DNA of 64,000 nucleotides from Podarcis vaucheri. Taxonomy: Eukaryota. Below are positions 1 through 10,295 of this stretch, piece by piece. Below the pieces are notes generated by a model. The model was not told the DNA's origin. It searched no databases and saw only the letters and a list, made by a program, of their open reading frames with translations. The stretch lies in assembly GCA_965113315.1 (NCBI GenBank), contig OZ220370.1; one strand, 5' to 3'. The stretch's first letter is position 1. The number at the start of each line of letters is the position of its first letter. The position numbers and the translations under genes are program-made.

Positions 1-113
1 AGTATGACAGTGGAGCAAGCAGGACCTGCCAGGGGCTCAGCCACATCTCCTTCCAGCTCTGTCCAGGTTCCGTTCTCAGGACTGTAGCAAATGGTAGAAG
101 ATTTGTAGGCTCC
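1..113 (-). CDS. KLHL14: KLHL14 last coding exon (partial; runs off window)
   Basis: gttacAG| then GAYKSSTICYSPENGTWTELEGDVAEPLAGPACSTVI...; stop codon is outside the window. Confidence 0.95.
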
Positions 114-799
114 CTGTAACACAACATAGTGTTGCTGAGGTAGCAGATAAATGACATCCAAGCAAAATTTGAACAGCTTCAACTAGAAAACAACTGGTCC
201 TTGGTTGCTCTGGAACCTTTACAACTAAGATGCACACACACTGCCCTGATTTAGTCACAACTTCAAAAAAACTATAGTAGAGTCATCTCGAAAGTAGGGC
301 TTTGGGTGAGCCAAGTGCAAGGTAGTGGGAGCTTGAGCTCCTGACAGTCAATTGGGGGGTTCGGCAGGATGCTGGAAGTGATAACAGATAATCTAGTCAG
401 CAACCCTGCTTTCTCTTTGTGAGAGACTCAGAGAGAGAATGCAGGAGGCAACAGCTGCTGCTTCTGCTGATCCTCCTTCTCAGGAGTTGCAATGCATCAT
501 GACAGAGTGCCAGGGGCTTGGTAAAAACCAATCTCTGTCACCAGCCTGGATAATAGCACCCAAGAATAGCCAGATTCCCCCACATCATCTCTTCTCCCCA
601 TGCTTTTGGGGATATACTTAGTCTCTTTCCTCTCAAAGCAGTAAAACTGCTTGATTATAAAGTTCACATCTGGAATAAAGGACAAATTCACCAAGGCAAT
701 AAATAACTGTGGCATAGATTGTTTGCATATTCTGCACATACAACTTGGCATGGTTAGAATCTCACCCTTCAATTCAGAATTTCATTCTCACGTAAATAG

Positions 800-882
800 T
801 ATCATAGTATTTTAATATTCTTTTGGAAGCCGCCCAGAGTGGCTGGGGAAACCCAGCCAGATGGGCGGGGTATAAATAATAA

Positions 883-925
<43 letters not shown>
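800..925 (+). mobile_element. L2-clade LINE extreme 3' end with (ATT)n tail (same family)
   Basis: Near-identical to 46915-47030. Confidence 0.88.
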
Positions 926-926
<1 letters not shown>

Positions 927-1249
927 ATAGCTTTGCAGCCATGTGTCTGGAAACTGGACAAAGGCTGCGGGAAACCAAAGCATGGCTCACCAGTATAAAA
1001 TTCTGACTCTGCCTACATTTCATGTCCGATCCAGCTTCTTTCACTTTCCACATGCTGGCATAAGCCCGCCACTCCAAAAGGCTAGCTTGCATTGAGAGCA
1101 AAATGGGAACCTATGGCCTATCACTTGATAGGCCTATCACCTATCACTTGTGCTCCCACAACTGGAAGCATTCCAGACAATCAAGTGAAGAATTACCGTT
1201 ATAGAGACTGAATTTCAAACCCTTTGCAGTGCAGCCAACAAAACCTGTT

Positions 1250-1733
1250 CCCCATTGGGGTTGGGAATACTACCCTCATTTGGCCAAGACACTCCATATT
1301 CCCTCGCAAGATTTAACATCTTACCACCTGCAGTTTTGCAAAGTAGATTCTCAAAAATCCCATCCTCTGAAATATACTGCCCTTGTGGCACAAAATATGT
1401 CGAATCCATCGCACACATTTTATTTTACTGCCCATTTTATGCAAAAAAATTGATAAGTATTGAATGAGGGGATTTATCGCACTGACACTTCCATGGTGCC
1501 TTATCTGCTGAACAATTGTAGTAATGGCATTGTGGAGAATGTGGCAAGAATTTTGAGTGACACTATGAAATTATGTCACCATGGGTCCTAAGAGCTATCT
1601 TTGTACCTCATGATATCTGGACAGTTTTATCCTAAAGTATCTCCTACTGTATTTTATTAACTGTGTTGTGTTCTGATCCATGTATACGATGCCCTTTTTT
1701 AAGCCAGTAAAGGAGATTGATTGATTGATTGAT
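1250..1733 (+). mobile_element. Non-LTR retrotransposon 3' fragment with CCHC knuckle (RTE-X-like)
   Basis: ORF LARFNILPPAVLQSRF...CPCG...ESIAHILFYCPFY followed by an (ATTG)n tail; clade assignment from memory. Confidence 0.65.
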
Positions 1734-1919
1734 GTTAATAGCTTAAAAAGAAATAATGACTACTGATTTTGCAAAGCAGGTTATAAATCAGCCAGATATT
1801 TTCCATACATCAAAGATTCTGACAGCAATTTATTTAGATATGTATCCTTCCCGCAGAATGGTTGCAGCATGCTCTCAAATGATAACTGAGAGATCCTTGT
1901 ACGGACAAGGGATACATAC

Positions 1920-2077
1920 CATACTCCAGCTGTAGCCTCCTACAAGGTAAATGCTGTCATCAAGAACTGCACAGCCAGGACCACTGCGACCCTCCAAAAT
2001 AGGAGTTTGCAAAATATTCCATTGATCACCTTTTGGGTCATAGCATTCCACGAGCATGACATCAAGATGCGAAAAAC
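1920..2077 (-). CDS. KLHL14: KLHL14 coding exon (158 nt, Kelch)
   Basis: Encodes (G)FSHLDVMLVECYDPKGDQWNILQTPILEGRSGPGCAVLDDSIYLVGGYSWSM; ttgtacAG| acceptor, |GTATGT donor. Confidence 0.97.
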
Positions 2078-2441
2078 CTGTACAACACAATTATCAAATA
2101 ATGTGAAACCACTTATTTTAAGAGAATGAGCACATGGTACTTCATCAATGACATAAAAAACTTCGCCCACCTTAGTAAGTTCATCATTAAAGACTAAATT
2201 GTAAAGAGCAGGAGAAAACCTCTTAAAGTAAGAAAGTGAAATACTTTCCTTTTGTCATCTTCATCACAACCTTCAGCATTGAGCTAACATTTGCTTTTTT
2301 CCTTAATAATAAACAACATATTGGCTGACATTAGTTGCCAAAGAACATTCACGGGGAGTTACTGATATATGAGATTAGAATGTTTTATCTACTTCATGAT
2401 ACCAGGAGTGAAATACCAGGACTGAAATGTGAAGGTACTAT

Positions 2442-3015
2442 GGAATATTTGAGCACTCCCTGCCCTTTATCTCTCTCAAACGAGGCAGCTGAAGAATGGA
2501 AGAAGGAGAAATTAGAGTACAGAGATAAGGGAGAAACAATGAAAGGGAAGAAAGGTGTGTATTTTAGACAATAGTAGACACATGAGTAAAGCAAGAATGG
2601 AGAAATAATGAGAGGGGGAAAGTGGCCATTTTAAACAATGGCAGAAATTTGAGAAGATTAGAGGGTGATACTGAGAGGGGAAAGTAGCAGCTTAAAACAA
2701 GATTTAAGTACAGTGAGAAGGGAGGTGGGAAAGGCTCTATAGCTTCTGTGTTATACCTATCTCCATTTCTCCTTGTTAAAGCTGTTTGTAAAAAATAAAA
2801 CAAAAAACCCTCAATGTTCTCCATCCCTGCTTAACTCAAGCCTCTGCTATTGTTTAAATCTGAAATTTTTCTTCTCAGGGTCTCTCCACCCTTGCTTTAC
2901 TCAAACTTCTTCCATTGCTTAAAACATGCATATTTTCTCTTTTCTCTCTTCTCATTGTACACAAGCTTCTCCTTCCATGTGTGAGAGATAAAGGATGTGG
3001 AGCCATCAAATATCC
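2442..3015. mobile_element. Degenerate foldback-type element
   Basis: Long inverted arms built of ~70-bp subunits (see findings). Confidence 0.6.
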
Positions 3016-3479
3016 TATAACAACCTACACACAATGTATTTCACTTATGGCATCATGTATTGTTGTTTGTTCTTTGTTTATCTTTGTTCCAGATTCAAAG
3101 TAGCAATTTAGAAGAGATAATTTATTAACAAAAAAACCCCAAACACCCATATATGTACAACATCCATCAACTGAACTTAACCTTCTCTAACTGAACAAGC
3201 TCACTTGACAGTCATGTTCTTAAGATTCTGTCATCTTAAAGATACAGTAACATACACCATCATAGCATGTTAGCACAAAGAGGGCTGCTGAAAAGGAGAG
3301 AGCAGGAGGGATAGAAATGGGTGGGTGGGTGTGGCCTGGATGCAAGGGAGAGTTGAAAAAGGAGAAATGAGGTGGTAGGAATGGGGATGAAAGGTGATAA
3401 TGGTGTACAAAGGGAGAGGCAGAATTTAAGAGAGGATTGCTCAGCCCCTGCTCCTGCCAACCTAGCAGTTCAAAAGCAT

Positions 3480-3966
3480 GAAGTGCTTGGGGACTGCAAT
3501 CCCTACACAGATCTGGCTGGCACAAGGCACAAAATCACAGCTCGCCCCTATACACGAAGCCAAGCCAGAGCACAACTAAATGCAGCACAGCCATCTTCTC
3601 AGAAAAACTCTTCACAAGCTCAAGAGGTCAAGACACGAAAGCTTTAGCAACTAATCTACACTTAATGACCCACCCAGTGGTATTCAGAATATCACTCATG
3701 AAATCACCCAAGATATCCCTCAAGTAATTAAGGAACAAAAGAAGAAAAGGCACACTAATCTAGGAACTTCCTCCCTGCCCAGAACGTTGGAGGCTATACA
3801 CCACACCCCTCAACAGTATTTATAGGAACTCAAACACCAGATTCTGCTCTGTTCCAGTAACAAGAAGCCGAAAGCACCAGCCTGAAGATGACGAGTGAGA
3901 CCTCGTCGAAACGTCGCCCAGACACCCCGACTCTTACACGGGAAGACACCCGAAGACACCAAAACC

Positions 3967-3970
<4 letters not shown>
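3480..3970 (+). mobile_element. Probable Penelope-like element 3' end
   Basis: C/A-rich tract that retains CpGs, carries a hammerhead-like motif and ends directly at an (AT)n microsatellite; 5' boundary uncertain. Confidence 0.5.
3880..3917 (+). ncRNA. Second minimal hammerhead-like motif (Penelope-type)
   Basis: gc-CTGAAGA-t-GACGAG tgagac CTCGTC-GAAA-cg-TC-gc: perfect core and 6-bp stem II, palindromic ACGT mini-stem III, but only 2-bp stem I. Confidence 0.6.

Positions 3971-4017
<47 letters not shown>
3970..4017. repeat. (AT)n microsatellite
   Basis: Read directly. Confidence 0.98.
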
Positions 4018-4020
<3 letters not shown>

Positions 4021-4149
4021 TTCAAAGATGCTGGCTCAAGCATCATGCTAAATTGTGTGGCAGGGTTTTAAACTTAGTTAACTAACCTAGCAAAAATAGT
4101 GTTTATCAAAAGACAGAATATTACATTGTTTTGCTATTAAAAATGTGAC

Positions 4150-4308
4150 CTTTCAAATGATTTCCTCCGATTGCATACAGTCGATCATTCATTACAGCCA
4201 ATGCATGGATTGCTCTCTTTGTGTTCATATCTTGTTTTCTAGCCCAGACATCCATTACAGGGTCATAGCAGTACAGCCAGGGAACATATTCACCATTGTG
4301 GACACCTC
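4150..4308 (-). CDS. KLHL14: KLHL14 coding exon (159 nt, Kelch)
   Basis: Encodes (G)GVHNGEYVPWLYCYDPVMDVWARKQDMNTKRAIHALAVMNDRLYAIGGNHLK(G); tttgtAG| acceptor, |GTCACA donor. Confidence 0.96.
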
Positions 4309-4410
4309 CTACAAATCAAATATACATTCATTAGTTAAAGGAAGCACCCCACCTTAAAAGAATAACTGGGTTTTGTTTTGCGATGAAGGGGAGTTTAGAA
4401 AACAACTTGC

Positions 4411-4601
4411 CAGAAATATAGATTTTGCCATTATGTACAGCTCCTGCATGTGCCGCCAAGGGCTGTGGTAGGGAAGATACATAACGCCATTCATTTGTCT
4501 CTAAATTATAGCATTCCACACTTGACAAGTAGCCAGTCTCATTTCTCCCACCTATCACATACAGGTTTTTGTCAAGCCGACAGGCATAAAAACTGGCTCT
4601 C
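4411..4601 (-). CDS. KLHL14: KLHL14 coding exon (191 nt, Kelch) ending in a GC donor
   Basis: Encodes RASFYACRLDKNLYVIGGRNETGYLSSVECYNLETNEWRYVSSLPQPLAAHAGAVHNGKIYIS(G); tttctctAG| acceptor; donor is G|GCAAGT. Confidence 0.95.
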
Positions 4602-4944
4602 CTAGAGAAAAAACAAATAGAGCAGTTAGTTTCTAGTGACTAGAATTAATTCCATCATTCTGTTTTACAGAACTTATCACCTGCTATTCTAACATGAATC
4701 CCCCCACTTATTTATCCCTGAGAATATGGGTGGCTTTCCCCAAAAAGGTTGCAGTGCACTCCCAACTCGGACCACTCCCCACCTCCCCACCCCAAAGTAT
4801 CACCCAAAATTTCCAAAACTATTCACTTGTAATGATTTCTGGATTATCCATTGCAATTTCTTATTTACAAAAAAGGAATCATTAGGAAAAATCAAAATGC
4901 CAACATCATAATGACTTTATGGAGCAGCTACATATGGAATACAA

Positions 4945-5100
4945 AAAAGATAGTGTGGAGTTGGAAAATGTACCAAAAAGGCAACCAAAATGACCAAGGA
5001 GCTGGAGCAACTTTTCTACAAAGGAAAGTTAAGAATTGGGGCTTATTGATTTCAAAAAAATGCAAGCAAGGATGGTGTGTGCAGAAAGGAGACAGAGAGA
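4945..5100 (+). mobile_element. CR1 LINE RT fragment (decayed)
   Basis: Degenerate LEKVQKRATKM.KGLEQL.Y..KL...GL motif across frameshifts. Confidence 0.6.
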
Positions 5101-7841
5101 GGATGTAGAGTGTTTTGCGGGTATTTTGGGAGTTTATCTTACATATAAGTTGCTTGGGCAACAGCATTTGTTAGTCCTGGCAGTTCAGCTTTGGAAAGTG
5201 GACACTTAAAAAGGTCTAGCTGGTGCTTGGTTGAAGGCTATTGTGAACCAGCATCCTCTGTGATATCACAAGGGCTCATGAGGCACACTCCTCCTAGTAT
5301 GCCTGATTAGAGGATCTGTAGGATTCTGGAGTGCATCCCAATGTTCACCCACTATATTGCTCCCCTTACTAGATGTACTAAATGATTAGGTCTAGAATTG
5401 TTCTGCCTCAAGCAACTGCTTGGAATACTTGTCGCATTGGTTCAAGTCAATTCACACCTATACAGGGGGTTCCAGGGCATGCACACACAAAGACATTCAC
5501 ATGAAATGTCTGATTCGTTCTTTTTACTGCAAATGCTCCATACACAAGATGCTGAAGAGAACTCGGGCGCTCCTGCTCATGTTGACCTCAGTGTGTCCAG
5601 TGGCCTATTGGTGAACTGGGGTTTGTGACTGGACTGTGAAACGATTCCCTCTGAGCATTCTGTGTGTAGTCTTTCAGAAGAACAATTTATGTAGTATTGT
5701 CAATTACCACACAATCACTTGGTGAAGCAGAAGTTTAACTTAAAAGCAATTTTATTGGCAGTGAAGATTTAAGCAAGAACTCATTAATGTTTAGGATATT
5801 TGGTTCCATGGAAGGATAACAGCAACTCAGTAAGATAAAGTAAAAAAAAAAGGGGGGAGGGGAAAGATAGATAATGTAACAATAATAAATTATCTTGACA
5901 TTCACTTTCTTTATAGTCCTTCATGGGTCATTGTTCCCAATTTACTAAGAGAACCACATCATCAGATTTTTTTCTTCAATTATCATTTTTTTTCTTTTTT
6001 CTGCACTACTGCAAATAGAACAACTTTCCTTGTATTACATTCTTGCCATCCAACAAAGGTTTATCCGGCTAACTCTCAACCAAGTTTTGAACATTTCCTT
6101 AGTTCCAGGGCAAGGAATCAGTATTTATGGAGACTGTCTTATCATGCTGTGCTTTCAAGTCATTTTTAGTACAGTGCTCCTGAACGATATATTTCTAAAA
6201 AACATAGGAGACACTTCATTTCCCACACAACCATGAAAGCACCTTTGAGCCTTGCAACAAAGTCCATTTTTAGTCCAAATATGTTTTCTAGCAAATGTAG
6301 TATATCTTTCCTTTTTAACAGGATGTTGAGGCGATGAGCACTATCAGGATCACAGCCAACGTGAGGCCACTGAGAAACGCAAGAGAAATCTCAGCATGTT
6401 GTGGGAAAGCCCTGAAAGTTTGCAGAAGCACAAGAAGTCTTTAAAAAAGACAACTTAAGACAAGCAATCCTCACACAAAAAAGCACCCTCCATCTCAATG
6501 AGGAATGATATCAGAATAGGGGAGGAGTGGAATGTCCTAACTGGAGAGTCTAGTTAGCTAGAACCCTGAACAGAAGCACTCCTATTAGGAAGGAAGATAC
6601 ACCTCAACATTTTATTACAGGTTCCACTGGTTACTTCTGCATAGCAGCTTTAAGATTTGCATGTGAACATGCAGGGACCCACTTCCTTGAAAGATAAAGA
6701 GTACTGTTAAAATGCTCTTGGATTCGCAGTGACTCAGGCTCTCTCTCAGAAATGCAAAGTTCTTTTCATGTTATGTGTGTATGCATTACTTTGCACACAT
6801 CAGCGTCAATCATTTATTTGCTCCTTCAGTATGAAAGCTTTACTTAATACCAAGTGAATTTAAAAGGTTATGAATAAAACACTTTATTATCCTGTGAGAA
6901 ATATGTATGTGAGATATATGCTTATTTTTTATATTAAAAAGATATGTTTTAACTATCCAGATTGAGTCAGATTATTTAAAACTTCATCTGATGGAGGTTA
7001 TGTCTGTGTGACTAAGAGAATAAATGGTTGTTTTCCATCTCAGCTATCTTTAGAAACAAGTTTCCTCATAAATGTATCCTCTATGTGCATTCTTGACTTC
7101 ATCCACATAGTGTCACTGTTAGGAGCAGAAATGTAACAGTCAGCCTGTTTCATTCTTCAGATTAAATGTGTATTTTATGGGCAAACTCCCAATAGTAAAG
7201 ATTTTAAGTTTCCCTTATCCTTCTTTTCCACTAAATAAATTACACTTGAGCCATAGAGCTCTAGTTAATTAATGTAAAATTTAATTGCTATAAAAAGTCC
7301 TCCATGATAAAATATTGCACTAAAAATTCAGTTTAGAAAAGAAATCATCCCCTCATATACATCTAGTCCTGAGAAATATATTGCCATCTCTAGTAAAAGA
7401 AATTACATCAAATTACTCTTGTGGATCAGGATATTAGTCCAGCTACAGGTCCTGCAGTGGCTTGTGAAAAGTCTCTGCAATGAACTTAGCTAAATTTTAC
7501 AATGCAGTTACATGGGAAAAGTAAAAGAAATTCTTTCCTGATCCCCAAAGGCAATGAATTTATGCCCTGAATCTTGAAGTTTGATTATCAGTCTTAGATT
7601 GAAAAGCTACCAGAGTTATTACTGATCATACCAATGCCAAGAACCCTTTTAGAGAGACCCTAAAATCAGCTGAAGTGATTTTAATCAAAAAATATATGTT
7701 ATGTAATTTGACAAATTAGTCTTTCTTTGATTTAGCATGAACAATGAAAAGTGGGTATGCTGGAATATAAGAGAATGCACCTGCATAGACTATTGGTGAG
7801 ACTTTCTAGAAAGCCCTGGAAAAAAGACAGCCAAAGAGAGC

Positions 7842-7960
7842 TACCCTCCAGATGTTGTGGACTGCAACTTCCATCAGATCCAGCCAACATAGCCAATGGA
7901 CAGGGGTGGTAGGAGTTGTTGTCCGCAATATCTGAAGGGCACCACATTGGCTACCCCATC
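7842..7960. mobile_element. Short palindromic hAT-like MITE (related copy ~37378-37491)
   Basis: ccctccagatgttgtggactgcaacttccatc ... ggtaggagttgttgtccgcaatatctgaaggg inverted arms. Confidence 0.65.
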
Positions 7961-8389
7961 TCTGGAAGATTAGGAGCACAGGATCCTGCCAGTTGAGTGC
8001 AGTAGCAAGTTTTACATGATGAGAGGGCAGAGACAGCACCTTCCCACTTAGTTCACTTCTCTGACCGTGAGAGAGAACACAACCAAAACCTAGATCATGA
8101 CCTTCTAGACAATCTCCTGCTGTAGGGACAGAAGCCAGGATGTGTTGCTGAACACACACCTGTTACAGGGAAACAAGTCTAAACCCCACATTCAATCTAA
8201 TGGAACTATACTGCTCCACCAGATTAAATAGGAGGATAGGGAAGCTGCTCCTGGAGAAACATCTGGAGAAAATCACAGCTGGAGGAGTCCATGAGGATGC
8301 TTTTGCCTCAAATATCATCTTTAGGACTTTGCCACTGTAGTTTTTGCAGGTATAGCTGTCAAAGTCAGCCAGAGAATATGAGAATCCAT

Positions 8390-9040
8390 TTGAGATTTCA
8401 ATGACATGCTTTATTATCTGGACTTATGGTAAGGGATCACTTGCGCAGTTCCACTAGGACATCACCTCACCATCAACCTGAGTCTAGAACACACTGTGCA
8501 AGAGGTTCACTTTCTGGACATGAATGTGCAACTATTAATGGACATATAAGCACATCCTTATATAGGAAACCTACTGACTGTTACTCATACTTACATGCTT
8601 CCAGCTTCCACCCAGAGCACACTAAAGAGTTCATTGTTTACAGTTGAGCTCTATGATACAACAACATCCATTCAGATTCATAGGACTGGACAGAACCTCA
8701 CAACAAAAATAATTCACATCAGACACCCAAAGTGAAAAATCAGATCAACAAAGCCAAACTGTTCTTAGGTACCAATCTTCTACACAACAGATCTAGAACA
8801 GAAAATGACAAACTACCACTTGATGTCACAACAGCCAAGCCAAAGCCACTCAAGCCTATCATCAATGATCTACAGTTCATCAAGGACAGACACTTCCCAC
8901 ACATAAGCCTTCAGTGGCAGACCTCCAGTTGCTCTCAGACAACCGCCTAAATAGGACAGATACTCAGCAGCAACAGTGGGCCATACAAGAGGTATGGACA
9001 CAGAGGCCAGCTCCCTATTAAAGACCAAGAAGCTGACTCT
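8390..9040 (+). mobile_element. Penelope-like reverse transcriptase fragment (decayed)
   Basis: Frameshifted motifs FIIWT..G, INLSLEH...VHFLD, NGHISTSLYRKPTDCYSYLHASSFHPEHTKEFIVYS are typical of PLE RT. Confidence 0.85.
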
Positions 9041-10157
9041 GTCTACTCCATTTTATCAAACCAACAGTTTTGTGATAGGTCACTGTTAAATATGTAATTA
9101 TCTGCATTACATTTCCTTCTGACCTCACTGTTTACACCCACCCACCCACAAAACCCCCCATGTAACTTGCAATCCAGCAGCCTGTTCTTATGTAGAGGTA
9201 AGCTAGCTCTATGGCAGTCCCTGGAACTGGTGGTGATGAAACAGTAGGAGTCATAGCAGAAGACTTACAATGGATTGAATAAAACAGAGGCCAGGACCCA
9301 TTTTATAACTTAATCTGTGAGACAGTGATAAAGGCGAAGATGGCTTTTGTGTCACCACTGCATCTGCTCATAATCACCCAACATAGCTTTTCTAGGTGGT
9401 CAAAGAGCTATTGCAACGGAGCCTTTCAGGATGAGTTTGCCAAATACTTTGCAGGAAAAATTGTTCCATTCATTCCAATTTACAAGCCACCGTTTGGCCA
9501 GGGCCATATTGTGCCTCTTTTATGCTACTCTATGTTTCTATGTGCTTCTTGATGTTTTGAAATTCTGGATGTAATATTGTGCTGTTTTTAACAACTGAAA
9601 ACTAAATTTATTACATTGTTAGCTTCCTTGAAGGGCTCTTGGAATACAGAAGAGAAACAAATCTTCCAGGGCATGGGAAATCCTATCTGTGTAGGCGCAT
9701 CCCCATGTGTGGGACTGCAGAGAACTCATAAAAGAAAATATAGCCTTTCAAACTGTTCCGTGCTGCTTTAGACAGCCATTTTCTCCGATGTTTCTTTGCT
9801 TCCGCCATGCTTCTTTTCCTGCTTTCATTTTCTGAACCATTTCTTTGGAGGTGGTATAGCTGTGGCCATTGGACTTTCTGAAAGTTCACGGTGGGGAGGC
9901 AGGTCACCACCCTCCATCAACTTCTCAGCAAAGTGGCCCCCCAGGTGAGTGGAGCTGACCACCTGTTACTGCTGGGCTGGCTTTGTATGGAAACTTGCTC
10001 ATGTGCTAAAGTGGGGTACATCTAAGTCACAGATTTTCAGCCTCATCAGCATTGTACCAACTATGTCAATAGCTAGGACTTCAGTGCAAAGGCCAATTTA
10101 CGTCACAAAGAGGATGCAATTGCACTTGAAGTGCAGTACTATAACCATTTTTTTAAA

Positions 10158-10295
10158 AATAAAAAAATTCCTTCCAGTAGCACCTTAAAGACCAACTAAG
10201 TTAGTTCTTGGTATGAGCTTTCGTGTGCATGCACACTTCTTCAGATACCAAGTATTTTGACTATGGCAGACCTAACACGGCTACCTATCTGTAAC
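10158..10295. mobile_element. Penelope-like element terminal (pLTR) remnant with internal inversion
   Basis: ccttccagtagcaccttaaagaccaactaag...cttcttcagatac followed by ttttgactatggcagacc..acacggctacc..ctgtaac resembles reptile Penelope ends; carries the hammerhead motif. Confidence 0.75.
10207..10252 (-). ncRNA. Minimal type I hammerhead ribozyme motif (Penelope-like element pLTR)
   Basis: Minus strand: cttggtat-CTGAAGA-a-GTGTG catg CACAC-GAAA-gc-TC-ataccaag. Conserved core, 8-bp stem I, stem II and palindromic AGCT mini-stem III. Confidence 0.85.

Noticed and set aside
5880-6400. Possible L1/Tx1-like ORF2 remnant on the minus strand (CxxC motif)
   Set aside because: Too degraded to support by eye; needs a tblastn/HMM search.
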